Of a stretch of DNA of 64,000 nucleotides, positions 31,485 through 44,075 are shown piece after piece. Origin of the DNA: Bugula neritina. Taxonomy: Eukaryota; Animalia; Bryozoa. Each line of letters starts with the position of its first letter. The stretch's first letter is position 1. The stretch lies in assembly GCA_964035545.1 (NCBI GenBank), contig OZ037773.1, positions 4,121,751 to 4,185,750 on the forward strand, written 5' to 3'. The notes under the pieces are model-generated. The model saw only the letters and a list, made by a program, of their open reading frames with translations. It was not told where the DNA came from and did not search any database. Position numbers and translations under genes: made by a program.

Positions 31485-31890
31485 GTGAGTCACATTGTTA
31501 TATATTTTGTGGTAGATAACTCCTAAGTGAGTCACATTGTTATATATTTTGTGGTAGACAATTGCCAAATGAGTCCCATTGTTATATATCTTGTGGTAGA
31601 CAATTCCCAAATGAGTCACATTGTTATATATCTTGTGGTAGACAATTCCTAAGTGAGTCACATTGTTATATATCTTGTGGTAGACAACTCCTAAGTGAGT
31701 GACATTGTTATATATTTTGTGGTAGACAACTCCTAAGTGAGTCACATTGTTATATATTTTGTGGTAGACAACTCCCAAATGAGCCACATTGTTTTATATT
31801 TTGTGGTAGACAACTCCTAAGTGAGTCACATTGTATATATCTTGTGGTAGACAACTCCCAAATCAGTCACATTGTTATATATCTTGTGAT
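31466..31890. repeat. 42-bp minisatellite, 10 copies (2 copies at ~12939-13028)
   Basis: Unit gtggtagacaactcctaagtgagtcacattgttatatatttt, with 42-bp spacing (31471, 31513, 31555...31848). Confidence 0.93.
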
Positions 31891-32289
31891 AGGTGAATTC
31901 AAACACACCATTTTTTATTAAATGATCAATGGCTCTTGCGTGATTTGACTGAAATATTTCAACTAGATGGTATTATATACAATCTGTAGAAGTCTCCTGC
32001 TCAACATGTTTACTTACGTATTAATCGTAGTACTATCTTTTTACATAAAAGTAAACAAAAGAAGCATCCTGACAAGAATATAAATGATATAGAAATTGAT
32101 AATTACAGACTATTTTTGTGAAAATAATTTATTCTTTATTTTACGCTTATGTTTATGTGTTGTTTTTTTTAATATAGGTGTGTGCTAGTTGGGCTGGACC
32201 TAATAAGAAGTATTGGTGCTTAAGAGGAAAGTGTAGATAGATGGGATTTGTGAATCAGTTAAAATAGGAAACAACTTATAGTTACCATC

Positions 32290-32703
32290 ATTACTACTAG
32301 TAGCAGTAGCACTAGTAGTAGTACTAATACTAGTAGCTGTGATACTAGTGGTAGTAGTAGCAGTAGCACTAGTAGTAGTACTACTAGTACTAGTAGCTGT
32401 GATACTAGTGGTAGTAGTAGCAGTAGCACTAGTAGTAGTACTAATACTAGTAGCTGTGATACTAGTGGTAGTAGTAGCAGTAGCACTAGTAGCTGTGATA
32501 CTAGTGGTAGTAGTAGCAGTAGCACTAGTAGTAGTATACTAATACTAGTAGATGTGATACTAGTGGTAGTAGTAGCAGTAGCACTAGTAGTACTATTAAT
32601 ACTAGTAGCTGTGATACTAGTGGTAGTAGTAGCAGTAGCACTAGTAGTAGTACTAGTACTAGTAGCTGTGATACTAGTGGTAGTAGTAGCAGTAGCACCA
32701 CCA
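32290..32703. repeat. Compound (GTA/CTA)n minisatellite, expanded relative to 13428-13512
   Basis: Repeated unit agctgtgatactagtggtagtagtagcagtagcactagtagtagtacta. Confidence 0.9.
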
Positions 32704-33565
32704 GCAATTTTTAAGGTGATGCAGTTTTGTGTTTATTTGTCATATCAGAAGCACATCAGCAACTTCAACCTTTTCTTCTGTTTCAATATGTTAAAATACT
32801 CTTATAGTGTTTATCAAGTTTCAAATAAAAGTCAAGAGCTTGTATTTAGACTATGTACGATTTATATAATATTGCGATATTGTATCAGTAATATAATACA
32901 TAGTATTGTATTACTATAATCATAATACAGTAGTATTTTATATACGGTACTGTTGATGTTATATAGTATTGATATTGTGTAGTAGCATTAGTATATAGCA
33001 GTATTGCAATATAAATCAACAATATCTTTTTATAGTAGTAATATTATATAACAGTAACCTAATGTTAGTAGTTTTCGCCACCCGCAGGACCTCCACGGCG
33101 GTGAAAGGTGACCAAAGGTTACCTTATGTTTGTAGTTTTATATAATAGTATCAGTATATTGGAAAATTTAAAGTTTTATTGAAACCATCCTGAACAATGT
33201 TGTATATCCTTTATATACATTACCAAGTTCTTGTGAATGTTTCTCCAACATATGAGAAGATAACTCTAAACTATGTGTATATATAAACTATATCAGCTAA
33301 ACAGAGAACAACTCCTAATTGACAATGCAGAAAATAATATTGTCTTGTGTAAAATATAAAGTCATTATCACCAATAATAAAAGTAAATGCATTGCATTAT
33401 TGTTGCATTCCATGAATACTTTTCAGCACAATATAAAACAGTTTGAAAACGTTTAGCAATAACTATTAATGTATACAAAGAAGTTACTGGACTTTGAGAT
33501 AACTCTAAGTTAGATACTCATCTACTACTATATATAGGCAGGACCTTTCACTACTCACAATCACT

Positions 33566-36500
33566 ATGATGTTATATCTCAGCTATCTGATGTGTTTGTT
33601 TACTTGTATTTCATGTGAGTAATGCTTCTCATTATGTCTGGTAAAATCAAGATGCAAATACATATAATTAGTAATTACTATTGGTTGTATTTGAGTGATA
33701 TATCATAGGTTGTGTGTAAAAGTTTATAATAGTGATAGTTTGCCTAAGAATACCTACTGTATGCATCAAAAACAGAAGATGACTGTTTATTTACAGATGT
33801 TACATCCGGATTCTATTTTATCAAGTTACTGAGTAGGAGTCCATCACAGTGATATATTTACAGCTTGGGTGTTGTGTGCCAATCTGTATAAGCCCCTTAA
33901 CTTATATATTAATTTGTACAGAAACCCAGGCCTTCATATTAGAGTTTCAGTGTGGTGGTGCTCCATAGTTCTGATAATTAGGTTAAACACTCACTATTAT
34001 ACCATAATAAATTATCTATTGATGCTCTCTTTTTATTCCACTAAAACTACATCAGGTGACAATTGTTGCTGCTATCACAACATTAAGGGAACCACCTAAG
34101 TCTGGTGTATATATCTCATTATATCTAAAATTATATTACTCTTACTCAGGAAAGTCTAGTGTTATGAGTTTTGTTTTAGAATGATTCTATAAGCAGCTCT
34201 GAGTTGGTGGTGATTGAGTGCAGTACTAGTTGCCCCTCCCTCCGGCGTTTGGAGTTATGAACCCAAACTGTAGACCCTCTAAACTACTGCACTCATTCAC
34301 CACCAACTCAGAGCTGCTTATAGAACCGTTCTTAGTTTTACATGACTTCTAGATGTTGAGTCAAAACTTGCAGGAAAATAGTCCTGTTGTAATATAGTTA
34401 TAATTTGAGAGCATGGTCAATTGAAAAACTAATTTATTTGGGAGAATCTTCCCTAAATCACCTTTGTAGTATTGAAGATTTGCGAATTATATTTTTCAAA
34501 GTGCGTAAAAACCAATATAAATAACGAATCCTCAAAGTGGATCAATGCGATAAAAGAAATGTGAGCCATTTATTAAGCATGCAATTAATCTATGAAATCG
34601 ATTGAACTGATGACCATAAAACGTTTCTATATTTAGCTCAACCAACCACAGAGATATCTTACGATTCTTCACCTGCAGCGTTTTATAAAGACAAAATGAC
34701 ATCACTAGTATGTAACGCATCTGGTTTTACTGATATGAAAAATTTCCAATTACGGTACAAGGTTGATGGACACCAAATCTATAGAAGTGGATGTACTCCG
34801 AGTTCTGAGGATAACACAGTATGGGTTAGTGCATCAACACCAGCCATTGCAACTGCATCTGGGATAGAAGGACCCGGAGTTAGTCATGCAGATTGTGAAT
34901 CAGTTGGTAGAGCTGAAGGGTTCACTCTTAGTGTGAGACTCAAGATAACTGATCCGGCCATTCGAGGAAAGTTTTACTGTCGAGGGTATGAAGGTGGTGG
35001 TGTGGGAGAAATTTTTTCCCAAGAAATATCAGTACAAGTAAAAGGTAATTTCTTTACCTTCTTTTGAACTAACAGTGTTTCATTGAAAATGATCATAATG
35101 GATCTAACCTTCTCCATGCTGGGGAGAGTAACAAGGGTTCCTGAACACGTAACTTACCATGTTCCAGCTCCAGAGAGCAATGTTTACAATTACATGGATG
35201 AGCTCATAAAGCGCATGAGGACGGCTCACTGTCAAATTTTCAGTTTTAAGCTTATATTCAAAAGTTATTAAAGATTGTCCTCTTTTGTAAGAGTTAGTTT
35301 TTTGCTTTACAGTTGGTCCTCAGAGTTTGATTCTCAATGCATCTGATGCAGTAGAAGGTGAAGTTCTAAGCTTTATTTGTGAGTCCAGAGATGCTAAGCC
35401 TATCTCAGTGTATGAGTACAGTAAGTAAAAGGTGTACTATACATGTTTTAGTCTATTATATTATTAGCTAAAATACAATTGTAACTGGCTTTGGTGCCGA
35501 ATATTCTCTCCACATGTCTTAAATTCATACAACGTCTGTTTTTAACAGATTTTGCTTTTTTTTATTGGCATCAGCATAACAAACTTGCAGGGCTTTGTAC
35601 AACCATGGTATTGATATAAGCTCAGAGAACTCTTTTCTATTCAATAATACAATGTTTCACTCATTTTCCTTTCTTATGCTTTCACTTTTTTAATTTAATG
35701 TAATTTCAGAAGTAAATAACCAGTCAGTCTCTCCGCCTACCTACACTCCTGAGAAAACTGACAGAGATGGAGTGTTGATATCATGTAGAGATATTATTCA
35801 TACAAACTGGAAAGATGGAAATACTGAAGCTTCAGTGCTGCTCAAGCCTAAATGTAAGTAATAATTTCTAAACCTATACCAACTTGTACACTAGGCACAT
35901 AAAGCATTGATTCATAGACTATGCATTTTTTTTACATTTAGTGATGTACAGAGAGTTGAATTGGTACCTTCGTTTTCACCAGTTGCTTATGATTAAAACA
36001 TCAGCTGTAGAGGTTTTGCAAGTCAAGTTGAAACTTTGCTATTTTTTATCTATGAGCTTAAGAAACTTGCATTATATCATTTTATATGATTGTAAATTCA
36101 CTAATGAGATTTAAAAATGCATTCTATGAATTTTTTGTTATTTTTGGTTTAAACACAACGTTTTTTCATCTTTGATAATGCATGCAAACCTCCATTTGTC
36201 AGTTATACTAAAATCCCCTATTTTTTGCATTATGTTTTTCATTATCATGTTTATAGACATCGATGTAAAATCAGAAGTAGAAAATCCAACGACAATACAA
36301 GTGATTACTGAAGATGGTGATGTAGAACTAGACTGTGATCTACATGTTACAGGAAACCCAAAACCAACCATCTTTTTCTGGGTACGAAACGGGACTGAAC
36401 AATCAGAAGAGACAAATAACAAGTTACTCCTGACTGCACAGACTGCTGGTACAAAAGAAACAGTAATGTGTACTGCTGGAAATTCTCTGGGTTTGTCCTT

Positions 36501-37004
36501 TAAAATGTTGCATTACTTATAAATAAACTATGAAAAATTGATTAACTTATCACATTGGATTAACCATAGATATCATTATTGTGTTTCGTAAACTTGAAAC
36601 CTGTTCCACTTGAGACGTAGAGATAACATACATAAAATATAGTCTACGAATTGTACATTTACATAGAAACAGCAAATCCTATTACAAAGTGTTAAATGGG
36701 TCATAATTTTCAAATTACATATTCAATATAATATATTGTATTATTGTACAACATTATTACTAATTAACATGTCATCTTATACAACAGTGACTTCAGTAAT
36801 AAAGAAGTAGCTGTCAAATAATATATACTATAATTATTTCACTATACAGGAAAGAATGTGACTGTAACATGGCATATAGAATGGGACAGCATTTCAGAAA
36901 AAAGTTCCAATGATGCTGAGACTAACTATCAAAGCAACTTGATGACTCCCTGGAGCCTATCAGTTATCATCTTCTCCTTTGCTTGGAAATATTTTTTACC
37001 TTAG
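33566..37004 (+). CDS. Ig copy D (A-type, intact), 365 aa; exons 33566-33614, 34637-35044, 35313-35420, 35710-35853, 36257-36490, 36850-37004
   Basis: TATA box, ATG leader identical to A, 1098 nt open, and a one-codon deletion in the V exon relative to A. Confidence 0.85.
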
Positions 37005-39170
37005 GTTTTTTTCTATATCTTTGATATATATGAAAAGATGAGTTTAAAGAAGTTTTAGCATTTAATTTTCCAAATGTTATTGAACATTTTTGTTAACCAA
37101 GTTAATGTAATTACGCTAAGCAAGAACAAATACATAAATATAATATCAGCCATTTCGTTCTTTTAGAATTGTATGCAATCAGAAATATAGAAACATATTA
37201 CGTAACAGAGTGTAAACTTAGTAACCAGATACCATTGTTTTCGACAAGTCCTAATACATTTTTATAATAATCAAGTTATAAAAAGTCAGTTAAAACATTG
37301 ATTTTGCCTGGTTTGTTCAATAATAACAATGGTATGTATATAACTACTGTAAGAAACCTCTTAACCTGTATATTGTTTATGAAAGGTTTGAGAAGTAGCG
37401 TTTGTAGAGAGCATATCCTCAGAATCACTACTGTGTGTATAGATGCAAAAATCGTAAACAGAGTTATGTGAACATTTCACAATAGAGTGATAGAGAATAA
37501 CTTTACTTGTAAAGCATTCTCAACTATAACTCTAGATCAGCATATAGGCTCCAGTAGTAATCAGTATAACTAACTTTAGTGAGTTAGCTGCCAGAATAGA
37601 GTTACACTACAGTTTGAGAGTTGTAAGAATTTTATAGCAGAGTTACATAAGAGATGCAGGTAGGCTGTTTACCTGCACTAAAACATGTATTGGAGAGAAA
37701 CTGAGGCTGTATGGGAGGGCCTGAGTACTTTCTGGGGCTACCTGGGGTTACCCAGTGCTAATTGTTTTGAAAACATAATTTACACATAATTTCAATCACT
37801 CATCAGTTATAAGATAACAATCAACATTATATCTTCAAAATATTTTTAAACGATTGTTGATACATTTTTCTACATATTACACAACAATACACAGTGTGTT
37901 TTAATTTGGTATGTATCTATGAGTTGTTGATCAGCTTAAGTTATACTTATTTCTTTGTATTCCGCTGTTTTTAATTGATAAAACAATTTCTTCTCTAGTT
38001 TCTATTTTGGGTGCTGTTTAGTAAGCAGGTGAGAAGATAGTTTGCAAACCTAATGAGAGTCAAGTTTTCTCTGGTTCTATAGTAAAGTGTGAGTTGCTAA
38101 AACAGAGTTTAATAATCAACTGGTGGTAATTTTGAATGAACATTTCAAGCATTGAGGTTGACATTTCACTTTTTGAGCCCAAATAATTATTAATATTCTT
38201 TCAACTGATAAAAAATTTGTAGTTTTCCTACTACTCAACTTATTTAACAGTATAGGCATCAGGTAATCTGTCTATTTTAAAAAGTTATCACTATTAAAAG
38301 TTATTTTGTTAAAAGAGGTTAATTGCATGCAGGTTGTAGATTATAATATGAGTGAGCGTTTTTTCCACTTTTTACTGCAACTTAATGTTTTAGGAAGATG
38401 ACTTGTACCTGGTTAACCACAGTTTTAGTGTTGGCTCTATCTCGCTACACACTTGGTATGTATATATTTCAGGTGTTTCTTTAGGTGTGTTGTAAGTTGT
38501 AGTAATTGAGAAGGCAACTCTAAGTCTTACAAAATATTTATAAGACCACCAGTTTGATATAAATCTTATGCTTACATACAGCTGCCAGTAAAGTTTTGCA
38601 ATAATTTTAAATTAAATTCTAATACACGCATGTTCAATAATTAGCTAACGTTAAAGTATATTTATATTATGTTTTTGGTATTTATTATAAAGTAAACAAA
38701 ATCAGTATTTAACAACAAGCTAAGTTCTTGGCATAGCTAGAAACAAATATAGCAATGTATGTATTTATGTGTCTCAAAAACATTCATCATTTGAAAATTG
38801 CTGTTTATGTATTAATTGTTTATGATTCACATGCTAAATACCCTTGAATATTAACAAAAATCTATAATCAGAATCAATGATGTTTAGACACCTACTATAT
38901 ATATAGGTACTAAAATTAGCATCATTCAACTCGCACTTTAGCAGTAGCTATATCAAACCTGACTCTTAACTCAATAGCTGTGCTAGTTTGCAATAAAGTG
39001 TTGTGTATAGATAAACATCCGCAGAGGGATTTGAACAGACATACTGCTTTATGTATTTAGCTGTTGCTGCACTCATTATATATATTGTATTAAAAAATTA
39101 AATCTTCTGCATGGATTCTTCCCACATAGCTCTTAGTGAAATGCGTCTGATGGAAACTTTTTATGTTTAG

Positions 39171-41875
39171 CACAGCCAACTGCAGAGATAGAGTACACTT
39201 CTGTAAGCGCACCGGATATGTATATAAATGAGAGGATAACTTTCAATTGCAAAGCATCCGGTTATGTTGACCTGAGAAGCTTAAGGTTATCATACGAGGT
39301 TGATGGAGACAGCACCGTTTACAGAAGTGGATGTGGTCTAAGTCCTGAGGATAACACAGTATGGGAAGGTTCATCACCACCAGATATTACAAAGGTCTCT
39401 GGAGTAGAAGGACCTGGAGTCAGTAACGCATACTGTAGAGCAGTTGGCAGAGCTGAAGGGTTCACTATTTCTGTGACAATCAAGATGACTGATCCGACAA
39501 TCAGAGGAAAGTTTTACTGCCGAGGATTCGAAGGAAGAGGTGTGGGAGAAGTTGTTTCTCAGGAAATATTGGTAGAACTTAAAGGTATTTAATTAATTTT
39601 TATACCTGAAAAAAATTAGGATAAATGATAAAATATGACTAATTCATATTCAACAAAAATTCGTTTCCTAAGCAAGTCAACCAAAGTATAAGGTTTTACT
39701 GGGTTATTACAATTTTACCTGTGATGCACTATAAGCGTCCACATCACATGAGACATCTTTTCATGAATACTTTTTAATGCATTTGTAAAAACCATAAGAA
39801 ATAGTCACAAAAAAGCAAACTTGCAATTTTTTGTGGAGCTCAATCATTGAATGGTGTATTAATTTGAGTTAGATGACAATAACTGAAAATAAATTTGATA
39901 TGCTAAGGGGGGGGGGTTGAAAATGGAGAGATTGGACAAGTTGTGTCTCCAACAAAGTTTGGGCTTGTAGACGTCAAAGGTTTGTTTATTTATTATAAAA
40001 CTATCTACTTTCATGCTTTAATAATTGTGTATTTATTATACGTGTGCTGGAAATTGACTGCTTTGTAATGTTGAACTACTGAAAGCTAAAATGAAAGCTA
40101 CTGTCAAATTTTCAGTTTTAGGCTTATGTTCTAAAGTTATTAAGGATTGTCCTCTTTTGTAAGAGTCAGTTTTTTGCTTTACAGTTGGTCCTCAGAGTTT
40201 GATTCTCAATGCATCTGATGCAGTAGAAGGTGAAGTTCTAAGCTTTAGTTGTGAGTCCAGAGATGCTAGGCCTATCTCAGTGTATGAGTACAGTAAGTAC
40301 AAGGTGTACTATACATGTTTTAGTCTATTATATTATTAGCTGAAATTCCATTGTAACTGGCTCTGGTGCCAAATATTCTCTCCACATGTCTTAAATTCAT
40401 ACAACTTTTGTTTTGATAAATTTTGCATTTATTATTGGCTGCAGCATAACAAACTTGTAGTGCTTTATACAACCATGGTATTGATATAAGCTCAGAGAAC
40501 TCTTTTCTATTCAATATACAATTTTTCACTGAATTTCCTTTCTTATGCTTTCACTTTTTTTAATATTATGTAACTTCAGAAGTGAATAACCAGTCAGTCT
40601 CTCAGCCTACCTATACTCCTGAGAAAACTGACAGAGATGGAGTGTTGATATCATGTAGAGATATTATTCATACAAACTGGAAAGATGGAAATACTGAAGC
40701 TTCCATTTTGCTCAAGCCTAATTGTAAGCAAGAATCTATACCTATATGAACTTTTAAACTAGGTACATAAAGCATTGACTCATAGACTATGCGTTTTTTA
40801 CATTTAATGATATACAGAGAGTTGAATGGGTACCTTCATTTTTACCAGTTTCTTATGAATAAAATATCAGCTGCTGTAGAGGTTTTGCAAGTCAAGTTGA
40901 AACTCTGCTATTTTTTATCTTTGAGCTTAAGAAATTTGCATTATATCATTTTATATGATTGTAAATTTACTAATAAGATTTAATAATGCATTCTGTAATT
41001 TTTTTATTATTTTTGTTTTAAACACAAAATGTTTTCATCTTTGATAATGCATGCAAAATCTCATTTGTCAGTTATACTAAAATCTCCTACTGTTACATTA
41101 GGTTTGTCATTATCATGTTTATAGACATCGATGTAAAATCAGAAGTAGAAAATCCAATGACAATACAAGTGATTACTGAAGATGGCGCTGGAGAACTAGA
41201 CTGTGACCTACATGTTACAGGAAACCCAAAACCAACCATCTTCTTCTGGGTACGAAACGGGACTGAACAATCAGAAGAGACAAATAACAAGCTACTCCTG
41301 ACTGCACAGACTGCTGGTACCAAAGAAACAGTGATGTGTACTGCTGGAAATTCTCTGGGTTTGTTCTTTGAAATGTTGCATTACTTATAAATAAACTATA
41401 AAAAATAAATTAACTTATCAGATTGGATTAACCATAGCTATCATTACTGTGTTTCGTAAACTTGAAACCTGTTCCACTTGAGACGTAGAGATAACATACA
41501 TAAAATATAGTCTACGGATTGTACATTTACATAGAAACAGCAAATCCTATTACAAAGTGTTAACTGGGTCATAAATTTCAAATTACATATTCAATATAAT
41601 ATATTGTATTATTGTACAACATTATTACTAATTAACATGTCAACTTATACAACAGTGACTTCATTAATAAAGAAGTAACTGTCAAATAATATATACTATA
41701 ATTATTTCACTATAATACAGGAAAGAATGTGACTGTAACATGGCATATAGAATGGGAGAGCATTTCAGAAAAAAGTTCCAATGATGCTGAGACTAACTAT
41801 CAAAGCAACTTGATGACTCACTGTAGTTTATCAGTTATCATCTTCTCCTTCGCTTGGAAATATTTTTTACCTTAA
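39171..41875 (+). CDS. Ig copy E (B/C-type); exons 39171-39584, 40185-40292, 40580-40723, 41125-41358, 41721-41875; leader donor mutated
   Basis: Five open phase-1 exons. The leader-like exon lacks ATG and its donor reads tag|ataaac instead of |gtaaac (39011), so this may be a pseudogene. Confidence 0.68.
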
Positions 41876-44075
41876 GTTTTTTTCTATATTTTTAATATAT
41901 ATGAAAAGATGAGTTCAAAGAAGTTTTAGCATTTAATTTTTCAAGTGTTATTGAAGGTTTTTTGTTAACTAAGTTAATGTAATAACACTAAGCAAGAATA
42001 AATACATAAATAAATTATCAGCCATTTCGTTCTTGTAGAATTGTATGCGATCAGAAATATAGCAGCATAATACGTAACGGAGCGTAAATTTGGTGAACAG
42101 ATACCCTTGTTTTCGGCAACTCCTAATACATTTTTATAATAATCAAGTTATAAAAAGTCAGTTAAAACATTGATTTTGCCTGGTTCGTTCAATAATAACA
42201 ATGGTATGTATATAACTACTGTAAGAAACCTCTTAACCTGTATATTGTTTATGAAAGGTTTGAGAAGTAGCGTTTGTAGAGAGCATTACTTCAGAATAAT
42301 TATACTGTGTGTATAGATGCAAAAATCCTAAACAGAGTTATGTGAACATCTCACAATAGGATGATAGAGAATAACTTTATTTGTAAAGCATTCCCAACTA
42401 TAACTCTAGATCAGCATATAGGCTTGAGTAGTAATCAGTATAACTAACTTTAGTGCGTTAGCTGCCAGAATAGAGTTACACTACAGTTTTAGAGTTGTAG
42501 GCATCTTATAGCAGAGATACATATGAGGTGCAGGTAGGCTGTTCACCTGCACTAACACATTTATTGGAGAGAAACTGGGACTGTATGGGAGGGCCTGAGT
42601 ACTTTCTGGGGCTACCTGGGGTTACCCAGTGCTAATTGTTTTGAAAACATAATTTCAATCACTCATCAGTTATAAGATAACAATCAACATTATATCTTCA
42701 AAATATTTGGAAATGATTGTTGATACATTTTTCTACATATTACACAACAATACACAGTGTGTTTTAATTTGGTATATATCTATGAGCTGTTGATCAGCTC
42801 AAGTTATACTTATTTCTTTGTATTTCGCTGTTTTCAATTGATAAAACAAATTTTTCTCTAGTTTCTATTTCGTGTGCTGTTTAGTAAGCAGGTGAGAAGT
42901 TAGTTTGCAAACCTCGTGAGAGACAAGTTTTCTCTGGCTCTATAGTAAAGTGTGAGTTGCTAAAATAGAGTTCAATAATTACCTGGTGGTAATTTTGAAT
43001 GAAAATTTAAAGCATTGAATTTGACATTTCCCTTTTTGAGCTTAAATAATTATTAATATTCTTTCAGCTGATAAAATGTTTGTAGTTTTCCAACTACTAA
43101 ACTTATTTAACAGTATAGGCATTAGGTAATCTGTCTATTTTAAAAAGTTATCACTATTAAAAGTTATTTTGTTAAAAGAGGTTAATTGCATGCAGGAATT
43201 GTAGATTATAATATTGGTAAGCGTTTTTCCACTTTTTACTGCAACTTGATGTTTTAGGAAGATGACTTGTACCTGGTTAACAACATTTTTAGTGTTAGCT
43301 CTATCTCGCTATACACTTGGTATGTATATATTTCAGGTGTTTTTTTAGGTATGTTGTAAGTTTTAGTAATTGAGAAGGCAACTTCGAGTCTTCCAAAATA
43401 TTTTTAAGACCACCAGTTTGATATAAATCTTGTGCTTACATACAGCTGTCAGTACAGTTTTGCAGTAATTTTAAATTAAATTCTAATACTTGCATGTTCA
43501 ATAATTAGCTAACGTTAAAGTATATTTAGATTATGTTTTTGGTATTTATTATGAAGTAAACATAATCAGTATTTAACAAGCTAAGTTCTTGGCATAGCCA
43601 GAAATAAGTTATAGCAAAGTATGTATTTATGTGTCTCAAAAACATTGATCATTTGAAAAGTACTGTTTACGTATTAATTGTTAATTATTCACGCGCTAAA
43701 TACCCTTGGATATTAACATAAATCTATATACAGAATCAAGGATGTTTAGACACCTACTATATATATAGGTACTAAAATTAGCATCATTCAACTTGCACTT
43801 TAGCAGTAGCTATATCAAACCTGACTCTTAACTCAATAGCTGTGCTAGTTTGCAATCAAGTGTTACATAAAAACGGCAAAACACTGCACATTTATCTCAT
43901 GAGTTTACCTTTATTATTTTCTTCAGTTAGGATTGTCAATCTGCATAAGTTTTATTCAATATCTTTATAGTAAGTTTTATGAAGTCTTGCATAAAAAAGG
44001 CAACATGCAGTAGTGGACAGTTATATAGAAAACTACTTTAAAAATAATAAACATTAAATAATTTTTTACATTCAG

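Larger units (their letters stand above)
29290..43864 (+). repeat. Segmental duplicate of the block starting at ~10538 (MIGA 3' half, copy A, B/C-type unit)
   Basis: Colinear high similarity from atgcataactcaatttagctgatt (10538 vs 29290) through the MIGA exons, the intergenic DNA and the Ig copies. Confidence 0.92.

Noticed and set aside
31461-31890. CRISPR-like regular repeat / 108-aa repetitive ORF
   Set aside because: Head-to-tail 42-bp units with no unique spacers, in a eukaryotic context with no cas genes; it is a minisatellite.
32259-32919. Leu/Val-rich 'membrane protein' ORFs (also 5568-5828, 30079-30399, 62439-62621)
   Set aside because: These are translations of simple repeats.
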